A stretch of DNA of 35,198 nt from a virus (Duplodnaviria; Caudoviricetes), in IMG/VR virus record IMGVR_UViG_3300030372_002033, positions 1-35,198 of that record. One strand, 5' to 3'. The notes beneath the pieces were generated by a model, which was not told the DNA's origin, searched no databases, and was given only the letters and a program-made list of their open reading frames with translations. Positions 26,829 through 35,198 of the stretch are shown one piece after another (within the stretch, counting starts at the first letter, position 1; each line of letters begins with the position of its first letter). The position numbers were made by a program, and so were the translations under genes.

Positions 26829-28261
26829 TACCTAGCTCCTTGAGGTTGCTTAGGGGCAGCTATACCAAATGCTTCAGTATACTGCTGTCTCAATGTATTG
26901 TACTGAGCTTGTAATCCTTGCATCTTTGCACCATGCTCTTGAACTTGTCCTCCAATATCTGCTTGATATGCAGTTATTTCATTTTGAAATCTTTGCAATC
27001 TATTACTATATTCAGCTAATTCTTTCTGTTGAGACAAATCAGCATCTTTTTGAGCTTTTGCTGACGCTACTTGAAGTTCTTGTAAAGCTTCTTGAACTGT
27101 AGATTGATATGCAACATTTTCTTTATTAAAAGTATTTAAAGCATCTTGTACTCTAACTTGATACTCTGAAGTTTTAGCAGAAACATTAGAAAGTCTAGAT
27201 TGAACTTCTTGAGCAAATCCTTGAGCTTCTTGTATTGCTGTTTTTGTTATAAGATCTGTTTCTTGAACATGCAATGAAGCTCTTTGTAATTCAGAACTTG
27301 CAATACCAATAGCTGCCTGAACCATTTCTAAGTCTTCTTCTGTAGTAAGTAAAGAAATAGCATCATGTGTTGCAGCTCCTCCAGTAAGAGTTGCTCCATC
27401 GTCTATAATATTTTGAGCATTATCTAAAGCGTTTTTTATTTTTGTAAAATCTCCGCTAGAATAGTTACCAGAATCATCCCATACTCCTGTTTTAATATTA
27501 TCAACAGCAGCATTTAAAGCTGTCCAAGCAGTAGTTATAGCACTATATTGATCAGGGTAAGCTGTAGCCCATGCTGTTCCAGATACAGTTGTAGTTGGAG
27601 AAGTATAAGTAGGAGCAGTTCCTAAACTACCAGCTGTTTGCAATGTTACAGTTGCTCCTGAAAAACTAGGCGCAGAAGGAACATCAGGCGGTACAGCTGT
27701 AATTGATAAATTAGCTATCCCACCTATAGTTGCTTGCACCAATCTCATTGATGCATAAATTGTTACTAAATAAATTTTATCACTTGGAAAGTATTTTATA
27801 TCAGTATCATTATAAGCTAATGCTGTTCCACTTGCATCTACAGGAGTATTATTTACATAATATATCTTATAAGCATTTGGATCTGATCCAGGCACTGGAA
27901 ATACACTAATCTTTCCATCTTCATCTTGCATGTATGCAGGATTTGTTGCAGAGGCATAATTTAAACTATCTGGATCTGTAACATCATATTGTAATCCTAA
28001 AGATATTTTTCTGCACTTTCTCCATTGATTATTAGTGCCATCTTCACGGACAACAGTAACAATTTTAGCTCCATTTAAATCAGCACCATTAGATGCTTGT
28101 TCAGCTGTAGAAGCCATAAACATGTCTGCATCTTGAGGTCTAATAGCTAACCACTTATTAGTAACATCTATTACACCATCTTTTAAAAACTGCGAAAGCT
28201 CATCAGTATCAGATACTGTGAGCGAAGTTAAATCTTGAACTTGTTCTTGAAAAGTTGCCAT
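26828..28261 (-). CDS. Putative head-tail adaptor with long C-terminal coiled coil
   Basis: 477 aa, first gene after the capsid block. Adaptor-like N-terminal domain (NPAY..GKISVFPVP..KIYYV..YFPSDKIYLVTIYA), then a Pro/Thr linker and a Q/A-rich coiled coil. Confidence 0.6.
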   Translation of the reverse strand: MATFQEQVQDLTSLTVSDTDELSQFLKDGVIDVTNKWLAIRPQDADMFMASTAEQASNGADLNGAKIVTVVREDGTNNQWRKCRKISLGLQYDVTDPDSLNYASATNPAYMQDEDGKISVFPVPGSDPNAYKIYYVNNTPVDASGTALAYNDTDIKYFPSDKIYLVTIYASMRLVQATIGGIANLSITAVPPDVPSAPSFSGATVTLQTAGSLGTAPTYTSPTTTVSGTAWATAYPDQYSAITTAWTALNAAVDNIKTGVWDDSGNYSSGDFTKIKNALDNAQNIIDDGATLTGGAATHDAISLLTTEEDLEMVQAAIGIASSELQRASLHVQETDLITKTAIQEAQGFAQEVQSRLSNVSAKTSEYQVRVQDALNTFNKENVAYQSTVQEALQELQVASAKAQKDADLSQQKELAEYSNRLQRFQNEITAYQADIGGQVQEHGAKMQGLQAQYNTLRQQYTEAFGIAAPKQPQGAR

Positions 28262-28277
28262 TTATTATTCCTAAGGT

Positions 28278-28325
28278 GTCCACTCCCCCTAGAAGAGACC
28301 CCACATCTCTACAGAGGGAGTGAAC
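28278..28325 (-). promoter_or_regulatory. Long intergenic stem-loop after the capsid genes (processing, stabilising or attenuating element)
   Basis: Minus-strand GUUCACUCCCUCU/AGGGGGAGUGGAC plus AGAGAU/GUCUCU, with G-U wobbles. No U-tract follows it in the sense direction. Confidence 0.55.
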
Positions 28326-28338
28326 GATTTTAGTTTAT

Positions 28339-28785
28339 TTAAGCGTCAACAGCAACTATATCGTTAGCTATAGCTCCAAATCCATACGCAAACCAATAAG
28401 TTCCATCAGTATAGATTTCGATTGTAGCTCCTACAGTAGTTGCAGATGCGCCGAATGATATACCATCGACATCAGCAGTTGTCGCTTCAGTATGTCCTAT
28501 CTCAACAAATCTCATCACGTCATTATCGCCAGTGGTTCCACCACCAGCGACAACTCCATAACCATTTAGTTCTACAGATCCATCAATAGCACTACAAATA
28601 AACTTAGCTTGCCAGCCAGCCATATTTGTAGAAAGCTCTGGAAGATTTATAACATATGTACTCCCTGCTTGTTCTACAAAAAATAACTTACCAGAATCAC
28701 TTCTAGTTAATTGTTTTGCACTATCAATTTTCTCTACAACTTGAAGACCGTGAGAAGGATAACTTCCTATTTTTGCATTAGCCAT
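28339..28785 (-). CDS. Putative capsid accessory/decoration protein
   Basis: 148 aa. LTRSDSGKLFFV...INLP motif, paralogous to the upstream gene, directly after the capsid block. Confidence 0.6.
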   Translation of the reverse strand: MANAKIGSYPSHGLQVVEKIDSAKQLTRSDSGKLFFVEQAGSTYVINLPELSTNMAGWQAKFICSAIDGSVELNGYGVVAGGGTTGDNDVMRFVEIGHTEATTADVDGISFGASATTVGATIEIYTDGTYWFAYGFGAIANDIVAVDA

Positions 28786-28796
28786 TAGTCACCCCC

Positions 28797-29303
28797 TTAA
28801 CCTGCATTAATTGCAGCTATACCATCTGGATCAGTACCATCAGATACTAATGCTCCATTAACCATCCAAGCAGTATCATCTACAGCAATACATCTTACAC
28901 TATCACCAGCCTTGCCACCCAGAGTATCAGAATCGTGAACAAAGTCTAGATTATCATAACTAGCTACTGTACCAATAGCTGTAGCATGATCAATAGATTG
29001 AGCACTAGATTTAGTCTTAGTAGTTGAATTGACAGTTACTGTTCCAAAGAAACAATCGCCAGAAGATGCTAGAATAGTAGCTCCAGCAGTAGTATCTATC
29101 ATAAACACAAAGTCAAAAACCATTCCAGCTGCAGCTGAAGGTAAAGTGATTTCAATTGCAGCAGAATTAACAACTATTAACTTTCCTGCATCAGATGCGC
29201 TTAGTGTATGTGCGGCAGTTAACGTTAAAACGTCTTTTTTACCATCAGATACAAGATCTAATACATCATCAGTCTTATTTTGTCCGTATAAAGGATTTGC
29301 CAT
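28797..29303 (-). CDS. Putative capsid accessory/decoration protein
   Basis: 168 aa. LSASDAGKLIVV...ITLP motif, immediately after the major capsid gene. GGGAG RBS. Confidence 0.62.
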   Translation of the reverse strand: MANPLYGQNKTDDVLDLVSDGKKDVLTLTAAHTLSASDAGKLIVVNSAAIEITLPSAAAGMVFDFVFMIDTTAGATILASSGDCFFGTVTVNSTTKTKSSAQSIDHATAIGTVASYDNLDFVHDSDTLGGKAGDSVRCIAVDDTAWMVNGALVSDGTDPDGIAAINAG

Positions 29304-29314
29304 AATTTATCTCC

Positions 29315-30781
29315 CTATGTCCATAAAGCGTGAGTTTCTGGACAACACCATTCCATTCCCGCTTCAGTTAAGATTTGATCTACTCTACGATCGACCCCAG
29401 AGTTCTCTAAAGTTTGAACTCCTACGTAGATTCCAGTATCACGATTAATACCATTACCAACTAATGGACGATATGCACAATACTTCATGTTGATTCCAAG
29501 AATCTTAACATTAGTACCATCTAAATGCACATTACGTGCAATGTTCATATCACCGTATACAGTTGATATAGTAGTAATATCAATACCAAATACTTTTTTC
29601 TTTCCAGCTAATGAAAAATCAGCTCTATAGTTAGCAGATGATTCTACATTATTTCTAAAGTATCCAGATAATTTATGCAACCAATTGTAAACTGCTGTGT
29701 TGCAGAAGAATACAGTTGAAGCTGAATTGTTATATCTTGGATCCAACATTGCAGACATATCATCAAGAAAATCATCTTGAGACTTTGTTGCAATATCTAA
29801 TGAAAAAGCATTTCCATATTGGCTAATCCAATCTACAGCACCTTGAGTAGTGTTGTAAGTTGCATTTTGCTGGCCAAATAATAATGCATTTTCAATATCC
29901 CATTTATGCTCAATCAACTTTTGCTTCCAGATACGAGCCCACTCATTACCTTCGTACTTCAATACAGTAGCACGATCAGTATTATCCATTACACATGATG
30001 TTTTGAATATTTGAGTTTGGCCTGTAGCTGTTGAATATGGCTGATCATTCCAAGTTTCTGGATAACCACTTCCTTTAGAAAAGGCAGTACCAACAACATA
30101 ACAACGATATGGCTCAAGCCCTTCATTGGATCCTGCAAGTAAAGCTGCGCTTGGAGCGCCCATAAAATAAGTTGTAGCTGCGGTAGACTCACCTTTTACT
30201 ACTTTACAGTCTACAATCTTATAATTGGAAGTTATACCAGCCTTAACAGTATCAATCTTAACAACTAAATAATCAGAAACAGATTGATCATGTGAAGCAT
30301 TGTTAGCAGTTGTTATAGGAAGCTTTAATAACTGGCCTGGAAAAAGAAATTCTGGCTCAGTACCGCTATCACCTATACCATCAGCAGTTTGGCCATACGC
30401 CTTTCTCCTATTACCATTGCTCATCCAGTCAGTTCCAACTTCAAGAGAAATTGAATCTCCAGCCGCATCAGCAGAAGCGTTAATAGCAGTTGAATTTGCT
30501 ACGTTAGCTGTTCCTGTATTATTATCATGCTTATTAATATAAACATATCTTTTTGTGTATGATTCACGCTTTTCAGTAAATTTGAAAGTTGGATCATCAG
30601 TCGGTTTCTTAGAAACCATTGATACAAAACGAAAAAACGGATCTTGTGCCAAACTTAATTCAGATACTTTATCGCCAAAGTTATACTTTCTACGAAGAGC
30701 ACCTGTATTGACATCTGGCCCGTATTGTTCTGCAGGTTCGGCAGTATAATTACTACCGGTTACATTCAGAATATCAGACAT
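29315..30781 (-). CDS. Major capsid protein (HK97 fold, SU10/DUF5309-like)
   Basis: 488 aa, follows portal and scaffold. Motifs DPFFRFV, FKFTE, TQIFKT, EHKWDIENALLFG, TTQG, STVYGDM, LTEAG. AGGAG RBS. Confidence 0.88.
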   Translation of the reverse strand: MSDILNVTGSNYTAEPAEQYGPDVNTGALRRKYNFGDKVSELSLAQDPFFRFVSMVSKKPTDDPTFKFTEKRESYTKRYVYINKHDNNTGTANVANSTAINASADAAGDSISLEVGTDWMSNGNRRKAYGQTADGIGDSGTEPEFLFPGQLLKLPITTANNASHDQSVSDYLVVKIDTVKAGITSNYKIVDCKVVKGESTAATTYFMGAPSAALLAGSNEGLEPYRCYVVGTAFSKGSGYPETWNDQPYSTATGQTQIFKTSCVMDNTDRATVLKYEGNEWARIWKQKLIEHKWDIENALLFGQQNATYNTTQGAVDWISQYGNAFSLDIATKSQDDFLDDMSAMLDPRYNNSASTVFFCNTAVYNWLHKLSGYFRNNVESSANYRADFSLAGKKKVFGIDITTISTVYGDMNIARNVHLDGTNVKILGINMKYCAYRPLVGNGINRDTGIYVGVQTLENSGVDRRVDQILTEAGMEWCCPETHALWT

Positions 30782-30836
30782 CTGTCTATCTCCTATTTAT
30801 TTATTAAATCGGATAGACTATAAATTTTTTATAAGC

Positions 30837-31748
30837 CTAACCGAACAAGTTATCTACATCATTATCAAAGCCATTTATCAAATCAAACACTTCGTCTGAT
30901 TGTGATCTCTGCTGACCTTGACTGTTCGCTCCCGATGCGGAAGTAGGCATATTACGGACATTCTTCATTTGATTTAACATTTCTGCTTTTGTAGAATTAG
31001 CTACATTAGTATTGTTTTGATTTCGATTCAGTAAATAATTTACATCATCTAAAGTCATAACATGCTGTTGTGCCTTTTCTTTAAAAGAGTTAAACTGATC
31101 CTCTGACATATTGTTCTTTTGCATAAATGCTCTTTCTTCTGCAACTCTGGCTTGAGATTGCTGGATTTTTTGTGCTCTTTGTTTTTCAACATTAAGCATT
31201 TGTCCAACCCTCTGTTGTACCATTGAGTCAACATGTGCATTCATTACTTTAGCACTGTCAGAATCAGGGTCTGTTATATCGTTAGCGTCAAACACAAAAT
31301 CTTCATCAAGGCCTAATCGCTCTTGAACTGATTGTGCAGGTTTTCCACCATTTTTCAAGTAATCCCGTACATGATCCACTAATCCACTATCGTTTTTCAT
31401 TGCCTCTAAAACAGGTACAAAAGGTTCAACGCTTCTATACTGTTCAGACAACTTAACGGCCTCTCTACTAGAGTCTTCGTATCTTTTCTTCCAATCAGTG
31501 CCGTTATCTGTTGGAGGTTCCACATTCTCGGAGCCAACGCTTTGTGTATTGTGGGTTACCTGTTCGGAGCCACTTATTTCTTGTTGGGTTACCTCAGCGG
31601 TTTCATCTATGATACCACCATTGACTTGTTGTTCTAGATCATTAAAAAAAGTCTCAGAGCCTTCATTGGACTGTGCTTCTACAGCTTCAAAAGAATCTGC
31701 TTGCATTCCAATCTCAGGGTTACCTTGACTTTCTGTTGTATCTGTCAT
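30837..31748 (-). CDS. Capsid scaffolding protein
   Basis: 303 aa between portal and MCP. Acidic disordered N-terminus, DWKKRYEDSSREA motif, coiled coil and C-terminal PTSASG. Confidence 0.8.
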   Translation of the reverse strand: MTDTTESQGNPEIGMQADSFEAVEAQSNEGSETFFNDLEQQVNGGIIDETAEVTQQEISGSEQVTHNTQSVGSENVEPPTDNGTDWKKRYEDSSREAVKLSEQYRSVEPFVPVLEAMKNDSGLVDHVRDYLKNGGKPAQSVQERLGLDEDFVFDANDITDPDSDSAKVMNAHVDSMVQQRVGQMLNVEKQRAQKIQQSQARVAEERAFMQKNNMSEDQFNSFKEKAQQHVMTLDDVNYLLNRNQNNTNVANSTKAEMLNQMKNVRNMPTSASGANSQGQQRSQSDEVFDLINGFDNDVDNLFG

Positions 31749-31786
31749 CTTTTCTCCTTATTTAGCTTTACGTCAATGTGGATAGC

Positions 31787-34090
31787 TTAACTATTGTTGT
31801 TCTTACTATCCAAACTATTTTTTGCAGACTGTAACATGTTAGCCGCTTGCTGCTTTTGAGACTCTACATTATTAGACATTACATTCCGCAATAATTTTTG
31901 TTTTCCTTCAGTCTCAACAAACTCTTTACCCATTTGAGACTTAACTTCTTCTTTCTTTTTATTTATCTCTACATCAGCCTGCATTACTTTTTGCTTGATG
32001 CCAGCCTGTACCAGCTGTCTTTCAAGTGTTTCAATAGTACCTTCCTTATCCTTAACAGCTTCGGATAATTGTTGTACTTGGCCTTGTAGTTGTGAGTATA
32101 ATGATTTTCTTTTGACAATGTTTTCCTTGTTCTTTATATCTGTTTCTGCTAATACAGCTATATCATCTACAACTCCAAGTTGCATTAACTGTTTTAGCTC
32201 TTCTAAATAAGCCCATCTATTGACTGGTAATGTAGATCCTTGAACAACTCTTACATCATATTTAAGAGATTCAATATCCATTGACTTACCAATAGCTTCT
32301 CCCATATCATTGTAAACTGGTATGTTAATTTCTTGTTCTTGCTCTGCTTGAATAGCATTAGGCTGTATAAGTCTAAATCTTTTATAAGCAGTATATGTAG
32401 ATTGTGAAAACTGCAATACTGATTTACCTAATTGCCTCAATGCAGGTTCAATTGAAGTGGTCATCCATTGCTTTATCCTCCTAGTACCATATTCGTCTAA
32501 AGCTAACATTCCTCTATATGTTTCACCTGCTTGAGAGCTGTCTCCCATCATAGAGCTATATATCCCTGCTAAATATTCCATATCATTTTTTCCCTGTTGA
32601 ACTATTTGGAAAAATGCACTTGATAACGGAGCAGGCATAACAGGAGTAGGTCTTTCAACTCCAGGTCTGATAGGTAATAAAGCTCCAGGACTTGAAGAAT
32701 ATTTTTCCCAAGTCTCTGCATCAATAGATCCCTCTTCATACATCCACCTTAAACTAGATCCTAATGAAGCATTGTGCACCATTATCTGATGTGCCTTATT
32801 AATCTCTTGCTGCTTTCCAATTAAGGGCGATACAGCTGATATAGGATAAGGAGTACCTGTCCATTTGAAATGAAATGGAATAATAGGGTACTCAGTGATT
32901 GTATCGGGGAGAGTTGTTTCATATAACAGCTTATCGCCCGCAACGCAAGTTTGCTTAATTCTTGAAGAATAAAATTGAACTTTATCCACAACATTCTTAG
33001 CTATCTGTGGATCCTTCATTAATATATTAAATTCTTTTTCAGTAATTATCTTATTTTCAATCTTAGATGCTTCTGCTTGTAACTTACTCATACACTCTTG
33101 TGCATATGCTGCTAATTGCTGTTGCATCATTTGTTGTGCTTTTTGCATTTCAAGCTCATAACGCTCAGGTAACATTTCACCTTTCTGAACTGCCTCTTGC
33201 ATTTGTCTTTGCTGTTCTAGCATTTCAACTTCAGCTTCGGCTTGCATCTCCTGAACCATAACATCGCATTGCTGTTTTAATTGCTTTAATTGCTCTGGAT
33301 CTGGTGGTATACGATAGAATAAGCTTATATAAGACATCTTAATCTTTTCATATATTTCAAAGAACTCTACCAGTTGATCCATTTCACCAGTAGGCTTTAT
33401 TGCCCAATCTTCATCTTGAGTATCGTTATAAGCAAATAACTTCTGATCATCATCTCCTACAGATCTTGTAGAGTAGCTACTATTATGTTGCTCATTACTA
33501 TTAGATTGAGATATTTTTCTTTTATGGTCAGGAAAGATCTTCATTAAATGATTCTTAGGAAGAACCTTTCTAACCATTATATATGCTGCATCACTAAACA
33601 ACATGTCTCTTGACTTAGGGTCAATATAAACATCAAATGGTTCTGGCTGCTGTATAACAACCTCCCCTAATCCATTGTCAGCATCTTTATCCACAGTAAC
33701 TAATAAATATCCAATACCTTTAGTTACAGAATCGTTAATAGCATTAGTATATAATGTAGATCCATTTGAATTGTGCCATACATAATCTGTTAAATCAGAA
33801 AATACAGCTGCTACATCAGTATCGCTACCTTCAACTCCAATAGCTTGCCACCTAGGAGATTTAGCTGTTGCATAAAAATTAAGCATCTCTACTACAGGCA
33901 ATATCCTGTTAATAGTAAATGTAGGCATGCCTTGTTCTTCTAAAGCTTCCTTGTCATTAGCAGCTAACTGCTCATCATGGGCAAACTCATATCCTTTTTG
34001 ATTTATCTTTTGCCATTGCCTTCTAGTAGTATTATCTGCTAAGTGAAATAACTGCCTTACCTGATCTACTCTCTTTTTTGCTTTTGCCAT
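31787..34090 (-). CDS. Portal protein (P22-like, with C-terminal coiled-coil barrel)
   Basis: 767 aa downstream of the terminase. Motifs PTFTINRILP, GIGY, EPFDVYIDP, YPIIPF, QQEINK, YDVRV. Long C-terminal coiled coil. Confidence 0.9.
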   Translation of the reverse strand: MAKAKKRVDQVRQLFHLADNTTRRQWQKINQKGYEFAHDEQLAANDKEALEEQGMPTFTINRILPVVEMLNFYATAKSPRWQAIGVEGSDTDVAAVFSDLTDYVWHNSNGSTLYTNAINDSVTKGIGYLLVTVDKDADNGLGEVVIQQPEPFDVYIDPKSRDMLFSDAAYIMVRKVLPKNHLMKIFPDHKRKISQSNSNEQHNSSYSTRSVGDDDQKLFAYNDTQDEDWAIKPTGEMDQLVEFFEIYEKIKMSYISLFYRIPPDPEQLKQLKQQCDVMVQEMQAEAEVEMLEQQRQMQEAVQKGEMLPERYELEMQKAQQMMQQQLAAYAQECMSKLQAEASKIENKIITEKEFNILMKDPQIAKNVVDKVQFYSSRIKQTCVAGDKLLYETTLPDTITEYPIIPFHFKWTGTPYPISAVSPLIGKQQEINKAHQIMVHNASLGSSLRWMYEEGSIDAETWEKYSSSPGALLPIRPGVERPTPVMPAPLSSAFFQIVQQGKNDMEYLAGIYSSMMGDSSQAGETYRGMLALDEYGTRRIKQWMTTSIEPALRQLGKSVLQFSQSTYTAYKRFRLIQPNAIQAEQEQEINIPVYNDMGEAIGKSMDIESLKYDVRVVQGSTLPVNRWAYLEELKQLMQLGVVDDIAVLAETDIKNKENIVKRKSLYSQLQGQVQQLSEAVKDKEGTIETLERQLVQAGIKQKVMQADVEINKKKEEVKSQMGKEFVETEGKQKLLRNVMSNNVESQKQQAANMLQSAKNSLDSKNNNS

Positions 34091-34108
34091 TATATATCCT
34101 CTGTTATG

Positions 34109-34246
34109 TTATTGTGCGGGTTCTTCTTTATTCTCTTCTAATTTCTTTTCTATATCTTCTGGTGTAGGCTCGTCAATCAAAAGACCAAAGTCTCTAAACA
34201 ACCATTCTGTTAACATCTCAGCCATAACCTCTTTTACTTTTTTCAT
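34109..34246 (-). CDS. Small acidic hypothetical protein
   Basis: Below the cutoff. 45 aa: MKKVKEVMAEMLTEWLFRDFGLLIDEPTPEDIEKKLEENKEEPAQ. TAATG overlap with the upstream ORF and AAGGA upstream. Confidence 0.65.
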   Translation of the reverse strand: MKKVKEVMAEMLTEWLFRDFGLLIDEPTPEDIEKKLEENKEEPAQ

Positions 34247-34401
34247 TATCTTAATCCTTTCCCACCACGCCTTCGACCTTTACTCCCTTTGCCTCTACGC
34301 TTTCTATAAGTTTTTTGTAATTCCGAAAATTCGGACTTTATATATTCTGATTCCGAAAATTCGGGATTCAGCAATGCTGTAAATATAAGAAACTTTATCA
34401 T
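34246..34401 (-). CDS. Small protein with hydrophobic N-terminus and Arg/Lys/Gly-rich tail
   Basis: Below the cutoff. 51 aa: MIKFLIFTALLNPEFSESEYIKSEFSELQKTYRKRRGKGSKGRRRGGKGLR. ATGA overlap with the terminase stop. Confidence 0.65.
   Translation of the reverse strand: MIKFLIFTALLNPEFSESEYIKSEFSELQKTYRKRRGKGSKGRRRGGKGLR
34320..34364. repeat. 15-bp direct repeat of a palindromic unit (ATTCCGAAAATTCGG x2)
   Basis: Exact copies at 34320-34334 and 34350-34364. Each contains CCGAA-AA-TTCGG. Confidence 0.85.
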
Positions 34402-35198
34402 GCGGTTATCCAATTTTTTGCTTGAGGTTTTTGTTTATACCATCCATCCTTAGATTGCTGCATTCCTTGTGGAGGGTGAGAATACTTACATGCATAAGCT
34501 AAAGCATCTATAGTATCATCATGAGCCATACGAGGGCCAAATGTCATTATCTCTCTATGTAAATCATATTGAGTTTTCTTTATATGAACCTGCCCTACTG
34601 AAAATCTTTGAGCTAAAATCTCTTGAATCCTATCTCTCTTGCTCATTCTATTTCCAGGCTTTTCTTCTTTAAATGGTATAGTAAATTCATTTCGCCTTCT
34701 CATCTCAGCTCTTATAGCTTGGAATATAGGCTTAGACATTGATGTATCTTCAATTGTAAACAATGTCGGTTTGTAAAATTTAGCATAATCAAATATATAA
34801 TCAACTATTCCCTTTTTATCAGTTCCAGGTATTCCTAGCACTGGAAGAGTCCTATTCCTTATATAATCTAATATATATATGTTATTATCTGGGGTAACTG
34901 CTATAGCTAATATAACACTATAGTCAGAGTTTCTTCTAGCAGAGTCTGTAGCAGGATCAACCCCTACAAATATATTACAAGGCTTTGGATCATCTCCATC
35001 AGGAATAATATATGTAAGTCCAGTCTCTTCATCTTTAGTAAAACTACCATCCCAATACTTGACATGATCTCTATTAAATATAGAGTCTTCCTCGCTCTGT
35101 ACTTCCATCATATACTCTTGATAAAACTTTTGAGGAGTTCCACTATCTGCATAGAACTTCTTCTTACGAGCCATTTCTTTGTGACCAAACCATGAAGG
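34398..35198 (-). CDS. terL: Terminase large subunit, C-terminal nuclease domain (5'-truncated by the window)
   Basis: The frame is open to the window edge (PSWFGHKEM...). FYQEYM, then RNase H-like motifs FVGVDPA, DYS, IED and HDDTIDALAY. Upstream of the portal. Confidence 0.93.
   Translation of the reverse strand, partial: PSWFGHKEMARKKKFYADSGTPQKFYQEYMMEVQSEEDSIFNRDHVKYWDGSFTKDEETGLTYIIPDGDDPKPCNIFVGVDPATDSARRNSDYSVILAIAVTPDNNIYILDYIRNRTLPVLGIPGTDKKGIVDYIFDYAKFYKPTLFTIEDTSMSKPIFQAIRAEMRRRNEFTIPFKEEKPGNRMSKRDRIQEILAQRFSVGQVHIKKTQYDLHREIMTFGPRMAHDDTIDALAYACKYSHPPQGMQQSKDGWYKQKPQAKNWITA

Noticed and set aside
261-33261. Other short plus-strand ORFs and alternative-frame minus ORFs (for example 9552-9767, 29989-30192, 31055-31240)
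   Set aside because: They overlap well-supported minus-strand genes and lack RBS or recognisable protein features.
34320-34364. Mini CRISPR array
   Set aside because: There are only two 15-bp repeats with a 15-bp spacer, too short, inside a probable ORF, and no cas genes.
35172-35174. ATG at 35174 as the terminase start
   Set aside because: The frame continues to the window edge and the ATPase domain is missing, so the gene starts outside the window.
1-35198. Stop-codon recoding as in some crAss-like phages
   Set aside because: Genes tile densely under the standard code, and TAA, TAG and TGA all occur as sensible gene ends.

Overview
An AT-rich, 35.2-kb segment of a tailed (podovirus-type) bacteriophage genome. 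All credible genes are on the minus strand in one tightly packed, often TAATG/ATGA-coupled late region. Read right to left, it contains: terminase large subunit (5'-truncated), two tiny ORFs, portal, scaffold, major capsid protein, two paralogous capsid accessory proteins, head-tail adaptor and tail proteins, two fibre/spike proteins (one with LamG domains), a holin-like cassette with a metallophosphoesterase, a tail nozzle, three Cys-free putative ejection proteins, a 2979-aa protein and the start of another gene. The 2979-aa protein carries ordered motifs (KR, DG, KG, SAK, DNDGD) of a single-chain double-psi-beta-barrel RNA polymerase, so it is probably a virion-packaged, injected RNAP. Its only cysteine is its last residue, and the next coupled gene begins MGLC, which hints at disulfide-linked cargo. 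Strong AGGAG Shine-Dalgarno sites argue against a Bacteroidota host. Several intergenic RNA structures are also present. All calls come from reading motifs and gene order by eye; no database searches were run.
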